Assembly (NCBI GenBank): GCA_964016885.1 | Contig: OZ024742.1 | Location: forward strand, 255,130,001 to 255,194,000 | Length of the DNA: 64,000 nucleotides | Reading direction: 5' to 3' | Origin: Eledone cirrhosa | Lineage: Eukaryota | Shown here: piece by piece, positions 12,439-24,074 of the stretch | How positions within the stretch are numbered: position 1 is the first letter of the stretch | Layout of the letters: each line of letters begins with the position of its first letter | The notes under the pieces: generated by a model | What the model was told of the DNA's origin: nothing | Seen by the model: the letters and a program-made list of their open reading frames with translations, nothing else | The model's database searches: none | Position numbers and translations under genes: made by a program

Positions 12439-15400
12439 ATGACCTCACTCAGAATAGGCAGCATAAATGCGCGTGGCTTGGGGTCGTCATGGAAGCAGGG
12501 CCACCTGCTCAACGACCTCAGGTCACTAAACATAGATGTAGTGGCCATCAGCGAGACCAGAATCTCAGAAGCACAGGCTTTCGCACCGATCTTCGGCGGC
12601 TACAATGTGTACGCATCTCCCAGCCGTCCGGGATCGGGGGGAGGAGTTGCTGTGCATTTTCGGAGAGGTTTGGATCTTGCCATACGGGCCATCTTCCTGG
12701 ACCCAGAAGGTAAGTTGGTGGTGCTGGACGTGACCAGCGGAGACGGGAAAGCTTTCAGGTTAGTGGCCGTCTATGCCCCGACAGGAGCAGGGCGGCCTGA
12801 TTTCTTCCGGCGTCTGGAGACCTTTCTTGGAACGTCCCGCTCTTTAGTGTTAGTGGGCGACTGGAACGGGATCTTAGATGCACGCTGGGATTGTGTGGGA
12901 TTAGTGGATAGGGAAGGAGGGTGCAAGAGTCTCACCAACCTGCTCAGACGTTTTGAACTGTCTGACAGGTACCGAATGGATTTCCCGAATGTACCAATGT
13001 GGACTTGGACAAATCGCATAGGGTCATCCAGATCATATCTAGATAGAGTATTTTGTAGGGAAATAGATAGGTCTAGCATAGGCTGTCCACAATTCAAGAT
13101 AGTCAGCTACACGGACCACAAATTCGTGATCTGTGTGCTTGACTTAGATAGGCTTCATAGGCGAGGACCCGGCTACTGGAAGCTAAACGCGTCCTTACCA
13201 GCGCGCAAGGCCTACAGAGACCGGATTAGCGAACTAGTTAAGCGGGCGTTGACGGGGGCCATCGTCAACAACAAGTGGTGGTTTGCTCTGAAAAGAGCAA
13301 TTAGAATAGAGTCCATTAGGTTTAGTAAGATTTTAGCAATAGAGAAAAATAGAGCAGAGGGAGAACTAGTTAGAAAATTAGATGAGGCGCTTAGCAAAGG
13401 CATCGCGGCCGACGTACTTGCGGCGAAATTGGCCCTTGACCAATTCTTCAATGCAAAGCACGAAGGCTGCGTTGTCAGAGCTAGGGTGCGTGCTCTCAGA
13501 CACGAGGGGACGAAAGCCGTTCAATGGGCCCGAGTGGCGGAGGCGCGTCGTGGCAACAAAGCCACGATCCGGTCTTTGGTGGACCACGACGGGCGCATGC
13601 TACTCGATCCCGGGCAAATGTGTGAAGCTTTTCAGCGACACTTCGCTCAACTGTTCGGGGGCAGTGGCGGGCCGGATCGAGGGATGGACTTTAGTGTCTA
13701 CCTCGACGGACTGCCGCGGCTTTCGGCCACTGTGGCGGAGTGTTGAGAAAAGCCGATAACAACCGCTGAAGTACGGGATGCAATGACTAGTTGCACAAGG
13801 GTTAAATCGCCTGGTTTGGATGGTCTGCCCTATGAACTTTACGTACAAATGCCAAACTTGTTCGGAGCCCTCTTGGCGGACGTCTACTGCAACTGGCAAC
13901 AGAACGGGAAAATTCCCAGCTCTGTGAGCCGAGGAGCGGTGGCGCTGCTGAGAAAGGATCCGAACAAGGGGGATAACATAGATAATTTTAGGCCCATAAC
14001 TCTGCTAAACACAGAGTTCAAGATTTTGGCCAAGGTGCTAGGAAAGAGGTTTGCGCTTGTCGTTGGTGGTCTGGTGGGAGAGGCACAGACATGCGCCATT
14101 CCCGACAGATCCATCCACGACAACCTCCACCTCATGCGATACATCGTAGAGAGGGTAGCTAGGGAACCTGGCACGGGTGGGTCTTTGATCAATTTAGATC
14201 AGTCGAAAGCCTTCGATAGGGTCGACCATCGTTACCTAGAGGCAGTCCTGAGGGCGGCTGGCTTTGTGCCCGTCTTTAGAGGCTGGATCGCTGCCATGCA
14301 CAGCAACATCTGCTCTGTAGTGAGAGTGAACGGACACCTTTCGGAACCGTTCAACATCATGCGCTCGGTCCGCCAAGGATGTCCCCTCTCGTCCCTATTG
14401 TACGTATTAACTCTCGAGCCATTACTGCACAAACTGGAGACGTTGAGGGGAGTCCCGCGCGAACTAGGATGCGGAAGATCCGTGTCAGCATATGCCGACG
14501 ATGTCACCGTAGTGGTGTCGAACGCCAAACACATCGAGGCGATTGGCACTACACTAAGAGAATACGAAGCGGTGACAGGAGCAATGATCAACCAGTAAAA
14601 GTCAGTGGGCCTGCAGCTCGGCACCTGGAGAGGCAGGTCCATGCCGTCCAACAGCGTCGTCGGGCGCTGGACAGACGGACCGGTTAAATTGCTAGGGGTC
14701 TGGTTCGGTCCAGACCTCCAAATGGACAAAAACTGGGACGAGGTGACGAGCAGGGTGGCTTCTCTCACCCAGAAATGGGCCGAGAGGAAGATATCCCTGA
14801 AAGGTCGAGCGGAGGTGGCTAACGCGTACATCGCGTCCGTCATCTACTACCGCCTGACCGTCGTACCTTGTCCTAAGCCCCGCCTGACTGCGCTGGAGCG
14901 TTTGCTCTTTCGCTTCTTGTGGAAGGGACGCGCTCCGATTGTCAGGCAGTCCATCTGCTGTCAACACCCGCTACGTGGAGGGCTGGGCGTGCCGTGGCTG
15001 ATGATGCGCAGACACGCGCTCAGGCTACGACATCTCCACCTCTTCCTCGACGGTGATCAGGTGTGGTCGCCGTTGGCTAGACACGTTTTTCCCCAGCTCG
15101 TCTCCTTGACGGAGCTGCAGTCCTGGGTCAAGCGAAGACCGAGAGGGGGCGCTTGGAGACTGGAATGTCTTCAGGCGCTCACAGCCCTCGACCAATCGGG
15201 CAATGTGATCGGTGGAAACTCCACCTTGGCGTTCTATAGGGGATTAGTGGAGGGGAAGAGCGACGACGTACTTGGAGAAACTCTAGGCGTCGACGAAAAT
15301 CAACTAGCCAATCTCTTCGGAAGGACTTTCGGGCCGGGGCCTATGGACAACTTCCAGAAATCCCTGGCCTGGCAGTGCTACCGGGGTGCTTTGCCAGTTC

Positions 15401-15832
15401 GGGATAAACTTTACAGGCATGGAGGTGCCGTCAGCCGGGCATGTCCGAGATGCGCACAGGGCGACGAAACCGTCCTGCACGCACTTGTGGGTTTATGTCG
15501 AACACCTGCTGTCACGTGTAGGACGGATCCAGCTACCAGCTGAGTCCATCGTGAGGATTGCCCCGCCCCCTTCCTTTAGCCGGGAAGGGCAAGCAGTTTT
15601 TATCTGTCTGGTGGCCATGGCGAAAGAGATAGTATGGTGGACACGTTTGAAAGGGCTGAAGACGAGCACTTACCTCTTCGGTGATGCCCTGATTAACTTT
15701 TTCAAATTTCATTTGAAAAGGAAAATCAGGGCAGAGAGGGAAGTGCTCTCTTCCCAGCATTTTGTTGAAAGATGGGTGAGAGAAGCAAGTATGGCCCGAA
15801 AGAATGGGCCTTCTCTGAGTATGTGTCTGTAA
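12439..15832 (+). pseudogene. Disrupted ORF2 of L1/Tx1 family 1: APE endonuclease and reverse transcriptase
   Basis: Motifs SINARGL, ISETR, VYAP, VGDWN, YLDRVF, YTDH, FRPITLLN, DQSKAFD, RQGCPLS and AYADD. Stops at 13746 and 14598, and a deletion near 15485 relative to the 59778 copy. Confidence 0.93.
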
Positions 15833-16102
15833 ATTAAAGGTGGAAAACTGGGAGAGGGCACTTGCCCTGGTGGTCAGGGCCACTGTGGTCTTTTAATGGG
15901 CTTTCTCCACAAATGACCCTCGGAAGTCTCCCCCTATTGGGGAATTTTTCTTTGTTATTTTATTTCATCCTCTGTTTTTTTTTACACGCAGAAATGCCCA
16001 TTTGTACCGTCCTGTATTGTCCTGTACTGTCCTTAATGTCTACTTTATGTAAACCCTTGTGGTTAATAAAGAAAACATTATTATTATTATTATTATTATT
16101 AT

Positions 16103-19100
16103 TTGCATTTATCTTGCTTTATGTTCATACGAGTTATCACAAAGTCACAACCAGTGACCTCAAGAGACAACAAGGCCCGCCATGTTCAAGAAAGAACATA
16201 CATATTCACACATGGATCCTTAGTGTTTAGACTTGTGATGTACTTATATTGACAGGATCTTCCTTAGTATATGGGCAGTTCCCATTAGTACTATCTTTTG
16301 TATTTCTCCTATACGCGGGTTTCCTGGGATTTGCGATAAGTAGTCGTTAGACCCCTTAGGTATCATTCCCAGAGCGCCTACAACCACTGGTATTGTTTTA
16401 GTTCTCAATTTCCACATTTCTCCAATTTCTATCTCCAGGTCCTTATACTTGCTCAATTTTTCAAATGTTTTTATAGATACATTCTTGTCTATTGGAACAG
16501 ACATATCAATTAGCAGGCATACCCTCCTTTGAAAGTCCTTCAATATTATATCAGGTCTATTTGCATCTATTTTTCGGTCTGTTTGGATGCTAAAGTTCCA
16601 CAAGATTGAGATGTGATCTTTTTCAAGTATGGGAGGTGGTTGATGCTCCCACCAATTCTTTTGATGGGGTAGGTCAAAATGCTTACACATTATCCAATGT
16701 ATGTATTGTGCAGCTCTGTCATGCCTGTTTAGGTATTCGGTTGGAGCTATAGGACTGCACATTGAAATTATATGGTCAATGGTCTCTGGTTGTTTTTTGC
16801 ATACACGGCATAATGGGCTGCACCCATTTTTTATTATGTTGGCTTGGTAATTTTTTGTTGGCAGACACTGATCTTGTGCGGATATAATCAGTCCTTCAGT
16901 CTCCGATTTCAGTCCAGAGGATGCCAACCACTGATGGGTTAAAGTTTTGTCAACATCAGGATTGTTAGCTCGCTCTGGGTATTTTCCATACAGAGGCTTT
17001 TCTTGCCATTTCTTAGCCAGTTTCTGTAGCAGTTCTTTCTTTGCAGTTACTTTTACCTGCTTTGCTTTTTCTGTGTTTTCCATTTCAGCAGTAAATGGGA
17101 CTTCTGAAATGTGTAGTCCATTACTGTATCTTTGTGCATCTTTTGTAATGGAATATGATCTTTTGGTGCTTTCGTGTTTCAAAACGAGTTTGATCATCCA
17201 ATCATGTGATTCCCTTAGATATGTGGATAATCCAATTGTTGCAGTTTTCAACGCAATGTCTAACTGGATTAACCCACGTCCTCCTTCTTTCCTAGGGAGA
17301 TATATTCTATCTATGTCTGCCTTAGGGTGATGCATTCTGTGCATGGTTAAGAATTTTCGGATTTTTGTATCGAGCCTACGGATCTCTGTGCTTGACCAGT
17401 TGATGACATTGTAACTGTAGGTTACTACTGGTATGGCAAGCGTGTTTATGGCATCGATCCTATTCCTTGCATTAAATTCCGTTCTTAAGATTGCTCTGAC
17501 TCTGCGGTAACATTCCTTCCTTATCCTTTCCCTCATTGTCGAGTGCTTGATTCCGTCTCCTTCACAAACACCTAGATATTTGTAAGTTTGTTCTTGATCA
17601 AGCTCTCTTATCACGTTCCCCCGATCAAGATTAATGTCTGAACTCTTCAGCAGCTTTCCTCTGGTGAACGTTGCTTTGGCGCATTTATCCAGTCCAAACT
17701 CCATTTTAATGTCATCACTGAACTGCTTCACAGTGGATAATAGCCCTTGCAAATGTTCATCATTTTTTGCAAATAGTTTCAGGTCATCCATGTAGAACAG
17801 GTGATTAATGGTTTTGTCATAGACTCTATATCCATGTTTTGTTTCATTGAGCATTTTACTTAATGGTATAAGTGCGATGCAGAATAAAAGCGGTGATAAA
17901 GAGTCACCCTGAAAAATTCCACAATTAATGTTAACTTCTCCAGCTTCCAGTGATTTTGTTTCACTATTCAAAAGGAGTGTCGTTCTCCATGTCCTCATAC
18001 TGAATGACAAAAACCTCCTGATAACGGGGGATATTTTGAAAATCTCTAAACATTTTTCAATCCAACTGTGTGGCAAACTATCAAATGCTTTTTTATAATC
18101 TATCCAAGCAATCGATAGATTTTTGTGACTATTATGACAATCTTCCAGTATCATTTTGTTAACCAGAAGCTGATCCTTACAGCCATATGAGCCTCGTTTA
18201 CACCCTTTCTGCTCAATGGGAAATAGGTCATTTGTTATCAGGTGGTCATATGTGTATTCAGTTAGGACTGATGTTAAAATTTTATACATTGTGGTCAAGC
18301 AGGTTATCGGTCTGTAATTTTGGGGATTGTTTGTCTCATCATTCTTCGGTAGCAGGAATGTAATGCCGTTAACTAGCCATGATGGTATCTTTTCTGGCTC
18401 CTTAACTATTTCATTGTAAAGTTGGGCTAACAGCTCATGAGACTCTGTGAAGGCATTTATCCAAAAGTTTTGTATTTTGTCTTTTCCTGGGGATTTCCAT
18501 TTGCTGGTTTTTCTTAGAGCCAAGCGCAGCTGTTCAACTGTTATATTTTCCCATGTTTGTTCTTCAAGGTGAGCTGTTTCTTTCATTTGTCTGTCTATCC
18601 ATGGGGCATGTATGTTATGAACTTTTTCTTCGGCCCAGATCTTTTCCCAGAATTCTTGCACTTCCTCCTTGGGTGGTATTGATTTAGCAGTTATTGTTGA
18701 CTTACCAATTTTTCTGTAGAAGTTTCTTTGGTTGTTTTGAACATATTATTGTCCTTATAGAATCTAGATCGTTTTTCAAAGCGCCTTATACGAGCAGCTT
18801 TGGCCGACACTTTTTGCTTGATTGTTTCTATCAGCATGTCTATGTCACCTGTTGATCTTATACTGTACTTTTTTTTCAATTTTCTTAGTTTAGTTTGTTT
18901 AACATGTTCACCTACTTTATAGTTTGTTAAAATTTCTATGTCAGATCGGAGAAGGTTTATTTGGCGATTGATCTTATGTTGCCAAGTAGATTTCTTGTGG
19001 GAATTCCTTTGTTTTTTCATCTTCACTCCACATAAGTGAGTGGTGACTTTAGCCGATGCATAATAGAGATGATTTAAGTCAGTAATGTTTAGTTTGTTTG

Positions 19101-20055
19101 TGATGATAATGTTTTTTAGAATTATGTTAGTCTTGTGTATTATCTTTTGGTTCTGTTTGGAGTTCTGGATCTTAGGGAGGGTGTCTCGTTCCCCCATGTC
19201 AGATTCTTTCATTTTCATCCATTCGATCATAATTTCATCCTTCAAGTTGGCAAGTTCATTCTCATTCATTTCTTTATCATTTACGATCTCATTATTTTCA
19301 TTTGGAGTTTCATCCTGAGCATGCACTCCCTCCACTTTTTCGCTCCTTTCTTTAATTTGTTCTGTTGCCAGTGATTCCGCCCCAGCTCTGGGATTCGAAG
19401 TGTTACAGTTTACCTCGTTTTCACTGACACATGCTTCATTTTCCCTTCGCTGACTTTGTGCTACTAGCTTGATCTGATCAATTTCTATATCAGTTAGTAA
19501 CTTTTTTCTTACAATATTTCTTCGTATATTGGCTAGTTTGTTACTGTCAATATAGCCTCTGTTTTCGGGATGTTTCTTTTTTCAGTTGATATATGTTTAC
19601 TCTGTATTCGATGTATTTGATGGGTAGTACATGGCAGTGTAGAAAGCCTCAAGGACTTCTTTATTATCTTCCCTTGACCATTTTTCTCTCTTTTTCTTTG
19701 GATTTCTTGGTGGTGAGCATGGAGGGCCAACAGTAGGAGTATTCCGGTTATGGGAGGTCTCCAGCTCCGAAGTGATGGGAAGGTTTGAACCATTACCTGA
19801 TTTTTCGACCCCAGTCTGGTTCCTCTCTGAGGGACGCGGCCCTTTTTTACCCGGGTGACGGCCGATCCGGTATGAGATTTAATCATTAGACATCTACTTT
19901 ATTTTGTCGCGTTTTATCCTTATCCGCCAAGGGGTAATCTTTTCGTGTTACCACTTCTAGAACGAGTGTCAACCAAGACTAGAGGGGTCGTTCTCCCCTA
20001 GAGACATGGCTATTCCCCGCCGGCCGCCATCCCGGTATTTCTTGGTCACGGGGTG

Positions 20056-20056
<1 letters not shown>
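16103..20056 (-). mobile_element. Full-length R4/Dong-like LINE (family B) flanked by (TTA)n
   Basis: GC-rich 5' UTR at 20056-19887, frameshifted N-terminal ORF pieces (19886-18691) and an intact RT-RLE frame. (TTA)n lies at 16078-16102 and 20057-20097. Confidence 0.93.
16244..18661 (-). CDS. RT + CCHC zinc knuckle + restriction-like endonuclease (805-aa uninterrupted part of the family B ORF)
   Basis: Motifs [59 protein letters not shown] and RPDIIL...IDMSVP...EKLSKYKDL. Confidence 0.9.
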   Translation of the reverse strand: MQEFWEKIWAEEKVHNIHAPWIDRQMKETAHLEEQTWENITVEQLRLALRKTSKWKSPGKDKIQNFWINAFTESHELLAQLYNEIVKEPEKIPSWLVNGITFLLPKNDETNNPQNYRPITCLTTMYKILTSVLTEYTYDHLITNDLFPIEQKGCKRGSYGCKDQLLVNKMILEDCHNSHKNLSIAWIDYKKAFDSLPHSWIEKCLEIFKISPVIRRFLSFSMRTWRTTLLLNSETKSLEAGEVNINCGIFQGDSLSPLLFCIALIPLSKMLNETKHGYRVYDKTINHLFYMDDLKLFAKNDEHLQGLLSTVKQFSDDIKMEFGLDKCAKATFTRGKLLKSSDINLDRGNVIRELDQEQTYKYLGVCEGDGIKHSTMRERIRKECYRRVRAILRTEFNARNRIDAINTLAIPVVTYSYNVINWSSTEIRRLDTKIRKFLTMHRMHHPKADIDRIYLPRKEGGRGLIQLDIALKTATIGLSTYLRESHDWMIKLVLKHESTKRSYSITKDAQRYSNGLHISEVPFTAEMENTEKAKQVKVTAKKELLQKLAKKWQEKPLYGKYPERANNPDVDKTLTHQWLASSGLKSETEGLIISAQDQCLPTKNYQANIIKNGCSPLCRVCKKQPETIDHIISMCSPIAPTEYLNRHDRAAQYIHWIMCKHFDLPHQKNWWEHQPPPILEKDHISILWNFSIQTDRKIDANRPDIILKDFQRRVCLLIDMSVPIDKNVSIKTFEKLSKYKDLEIEIGEMWKLRTKTIPVVVGALGMIPKGSNDYLSQIPGNPRIGEIQKIVLMGTAHILRKILSI

Positions 20057-20088
<32 letters not shown>

Positions 20089-20097
20089 GTTGTTATT

Positions 20098-21349
20098 CCT
20101 TGAATCTCAGTCATTGATATTGGTTAACTGGAAAGTCCGTTGGATTGAATATCAAGCCACTACCTGCAGCCTCAGATATTCAGGACGTATCGGAGGGTTC
20201 TTGCTGTTCCAAGCAAGCATGCCTTTTGAAGCGTTCCAAAAAGCGTGAAGGGGCCGATTTTCTTTAACCATCCCTGGAAACTTTTGGAGATAGTCCCCAG
20301 TGCGCCTATGACAATCGGGATCACTTTGACTTCATGGCAGTTCCAAATCCTTTTCACCTCCCACTTTAGGTCCTGGTATCGGTTAATTTTCTCCCTCTCC
20401 TTCTCTTGCACTCTCGTGTCGAACGGGCAGGCCACATCCACAATCAGACACGATCTTTTTTCTTTGTCCACAACCACCAGGTCAGGTCTATTGTGTTCCA
20501 GTTTTTTGTCCGTCTGTATCCTAAAATCCCACAGCACCTTCACCTGATTGTTCTCCATCACGGCCTCTGGTCTATGCTCATACCATTTCTCAGAATGTGG
20601 TAAATTGTTTACTTTGCACAGGTGCCAGTGGATCACCCTGCCCATCACATCGTGTCTCCAGCCCTTATAGTGGGTCTGGGCTAGGTGTTTACACGCGGAC
20701 ACAATGTGAGCCACAGTCTCCTCTCTCTCTCCACAGATCCTGCACAGTGGGCTAGCCTCCTCCTTGTAGATATGGTGCTTCAACCACTTCGTTTTGAGGG
20801 CCTGCTCCTGCGCAGCCATTAGCATTCCTTCTGTAGCCTTTTTGAGGTCTCCTCTTCTCAACCAGTTACATGTCTGTGGATCTCTAAATTCAGTTTTCTC
20901 AAAGAAGGTACTATGAAGGGATTTTCCCTTAAGGCTGCTCTTCCTCCTTGATGTTATTTCCTCCTTGGACATCCCCTGGCCTACTGTCCCCTCCTTCAGT
21001 ACAGTTCTGAGCATTGGCTCCTTACTATAGGTCACGTATTTGTATAGGTTGTTTTTCTCCATCTGAACACAGTCCTCTATGCTGATAAGACCTCTTCCAC
21101 CCTCAGATCTCCTTAGGTAGAGTCTATCGACATCACTCCTCTTGTGGAACATGTTGTAGATAGTCAACAGCTTCCTAGTCTTCCTATCCATTTCTTTTTG
21201 TTCAGCAACATTCCATCTCAGAATTCCCGCACTGTACCTAATAATAGACACAGCTCGGGAATTTACTGCGCTTATGGCATTTCTGCTGTTCAGATGTGAC
21301 TTCAATACGCTCCTTACTCTCCGAATGTATTCAGTTCTTAACAATTCCT

Positions 21350-21351
<2 letters not shown>
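20098..21351 (-). mobile_element. 5'-truncated R4/Dong-like LINE (family A) between (TTA)n tracts
   Basis: The open thumb-CCHC-RLE frame is highly similar to 6360-7400. Confidence 0.93.
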
Positions 21352-21440
<89 letters not shown>

Positions 21441-21478
21441 CATCATCATCATCATCATCATCATCATTATTATTATTA
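21352..21478. repeat. (ATT)n/(ATC)n microsatellite
   Basis: Read directly from the sequence. Confidence 0.95.
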
Positions 21479-21697
21479 GGGGGATTGGCAGTATCGGTAG
21501 AAGGTCGGACGCGATGCTTTGCAGCATAGAGTTACACCCCTTTATGGTCTGAGTTCAAATCCCGCCGAGGTTCATTTTGCCTTTCATCCTTTCCGGGTCG
21601 ATAAAATAAAGCACCAGTAACATTCTGGGGTTGATTTAGTCGACTTTCCCCTCCCCCAAATTACTGGCCTTGTACCTATACTAGAAATCATTATTAT
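21479..21697 (+). mobile_element. tRNA-derived SINE
   Basis: A box TGGCAGTATCGG, B box GAGTTCAAATCC, central GCCTTTCATCCTTTCCGGGTCGATAAAATAAAG, tail AGAAATC(ATT)n. Many copies occur in the window. Confidence 0.88.
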
Positions 21698-21717
21698 TGT
21701 TGTTGTTGTTGTTGTTA

Positions 21718-22826
21718 TTCTTGGAGTCTCAGTCATTGATGTTGTTTAACTGGAAAGTTTGTCCAAATCAACATCAAGCCGCTACGTGTAGTCTCAGATA
21801 TTCAGGACGTATCGGAGGGTTCTTGCTGTTCCTAGCAAGCATGTTTTTTGAAGTGTTCCAGAAAAGGAGGCTGGACTAATGTTCTTTAACCATCCTTGAA
21901 AACTCTTTGAGATAGTACCTAGTGCTCCTATGACAATCGGGATGACCTTGATCTCATAGCAGTCCCAAATCCTTTTTAATTCCCACTTTAAATCCTGGTA
22001 TCGGTTAATCTTCTCCTTTTCTTGCACTTTTGTGTCAATCTAATCTAATCTGGCCGAGTTTACACTCACAAATAAGAAGAACCAGTGCTGCCCATAGGAG
22101 CATTGGATTTGGTGCACTTCATATTTGTTTCGGTTGCTGAATACAATCAGGGGTCGCTGCTTCTCCTGAAGGTCAATAGTTCTCTTATAACTAGGGTGAG
22201 AGCGCCTTTCCTGCAATGGGACAGGCTACATCTACAATCAGGCAAGGCACAATTTTTTTCCCTTGTCAAAAACCACCAGGTCAGGCCTATTGTGTTCTAA
22301 TTTCCTGTCTGTCTGTATCCTGAAATCCCATAGCACCTTCACTTGATCATTTTCTATCACCAACCCTGGCTTATGCTCATAAAACTTCTCAGAATGTGAT
22401 AAATTATTTAGTTTGCCAGTGAATCACCTTTCCTATTATATCATGCTTCCAACATTTAGAGTGAATCTGGGCTAGGTCTTTACACTCAGATACGATGTAA
22501 GCCACAGTCTCCTCTCTTTCTCTCCACAGATCGTACAGAGTGAGCTAGCCACCTCCTTGTCAATATGGTGTTTCACCCACTTCGTTCTGAGAGCTTGCTC
22601 TTGTGTAGCCATTAGCATTCCTTCTGTAGCTTTGTTAAGATCTCCTCTTTTAACCAATTCCATGTCTGGATCTCTGAATTCCATTTTCTTAAAAAAGGTG
22701 CTATGAAGGGATTTTTCATGGAGGTTGTTCTTCCTCTTTGTTGTTATTTCCTCCCTGGACATCCCTTGGTATATTGTCTTCTCCTTCAGTACAACTTTGA
22801 GCATTGGCTCCCTACTCGCAAACACA
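21718..22826 (-). mobile_element. Older 3' fragment of an R4/Dong-like family A LINE, interrupted by a 177-bp insertion
   Basis: ORF pieces KEKINRYQDLKWELKRIW and KATEGMLMATQEQAL. Confidence 0.88.
22037..22213 (-). mobile_element. Short retroposed insertion with (AGATT)n tail
   Basis: It is absent from the other family A copies, has (AATCT)3 at the left end and is flanked by CAAT on both sides. Confidence 0.55.
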
Positions 22827-23589
22827 TATTACTATTATTATCATTATTATTATTATTATTTTGGTGCTTGTTTGCAATAGTGTTCATATCAGCTCCAGAA
22901 GGTTGGTTATTTTGAGTTGCTTCAAAGTGGAATTTGTTGAATTGTTTTCATGAATTATATATAAGCTTCCATTCATTGGCCTGTGTAAAAGTATCCCCAT
23001 TATTACCCCATAATATTTGGGGCTTTGGGCCTAAATATTTCAACTTTATTTAAAGCAAAAAAACATTTATCATAAAAAGCTCCCAATTTTGAATCTACTG
23101 TCATGTGACAGCCACTTAACGTTAAGAGCAAAACACCGTCCCCACCAGCACTACCATTATGGATAATGTAATAACTAACAGCACAACAGGCATCAACAAT
23201 AATAACACAAACAACAACATGAACAAAGACAACAGCAAAGAAGAAACAAGTGAAAACAACAACAACAACACCAACACCAGCTGCAACAGCTACAACAACA
23301 ACAACAACACCAATGACAACACTGAAAACAACTGCAACGACAACAATGTGACCAGCAATAGCATTGTGAACAAAGAGAAAAAGTCCTTTGCCGTTGCAGT
23401 ACCCCCCCCCCCTCTCATCAAAAGGAAACACCATGCTTTAGCATGGACTTTAGTGAATAAAAGTTGTGACTGTAAATGTCATACATAGCTCTATGCAGGC
23501 CTCTCTCATTTGGGAGGTATGGGTACTAACTCGATCAGAGAAGGCCCATCTAAACCATGCTAGCAGGAAAAACAAATGTTAAATGATGA

Positions 23590-23667
<78 letters not shown>

Positions 23668-24074
23668 TTACATATATATACATATATGCATACCTACATG
23701 CATACACACAAGTTTGCATATCTACATACTTACATAAACACACACATGTACATAGATACACACATGTTGAAAATGTATTGGATGTCACAATTGTACCCCT
23801 ATGATTCTATAAGAATTTAAAGGACAATGGATTAATGGATATACATCTTACACATTTTTCTCTCTGGCCAACTGTGTTAGCTTTTTATATAAAAGTCATC
23901 ATTCAGAGTTAAAGGAAGAATCACCTCCAATCGTGAACTAATAATTTATTTACCAAAGTTAAAAGGATAGATGACAAAGTTGACCTCAGTGGGATTTTCC
24001 GAACAAATACCACAAAGCATTTCATACGTATGTTCTAACGACTCATTATCTAATACCACTTTATCTCATAGAGT

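Larger units (their letters stand above)
10176..16078 (+). mobile_element. Full-length L1/Tx1-like LINE (family 1) inserted in (TTA)n
   Basis: ORF1 followed by an APE-RT-CCHC ORF2. The 3' end is CCTTGTGGTTAATAAAGAAAAC(ATT)n, and (TTA)n flanks both sides. Confidence 0.93.

Noticed and set aside
12771-15883. Antisense and alternative-frame ORFs over LINE ORF2 (also over 52000-54300 and 59753-61763)
   Set aside because: They are shadow ORFs of GC-rich coding sequence with no recognisable motifs.
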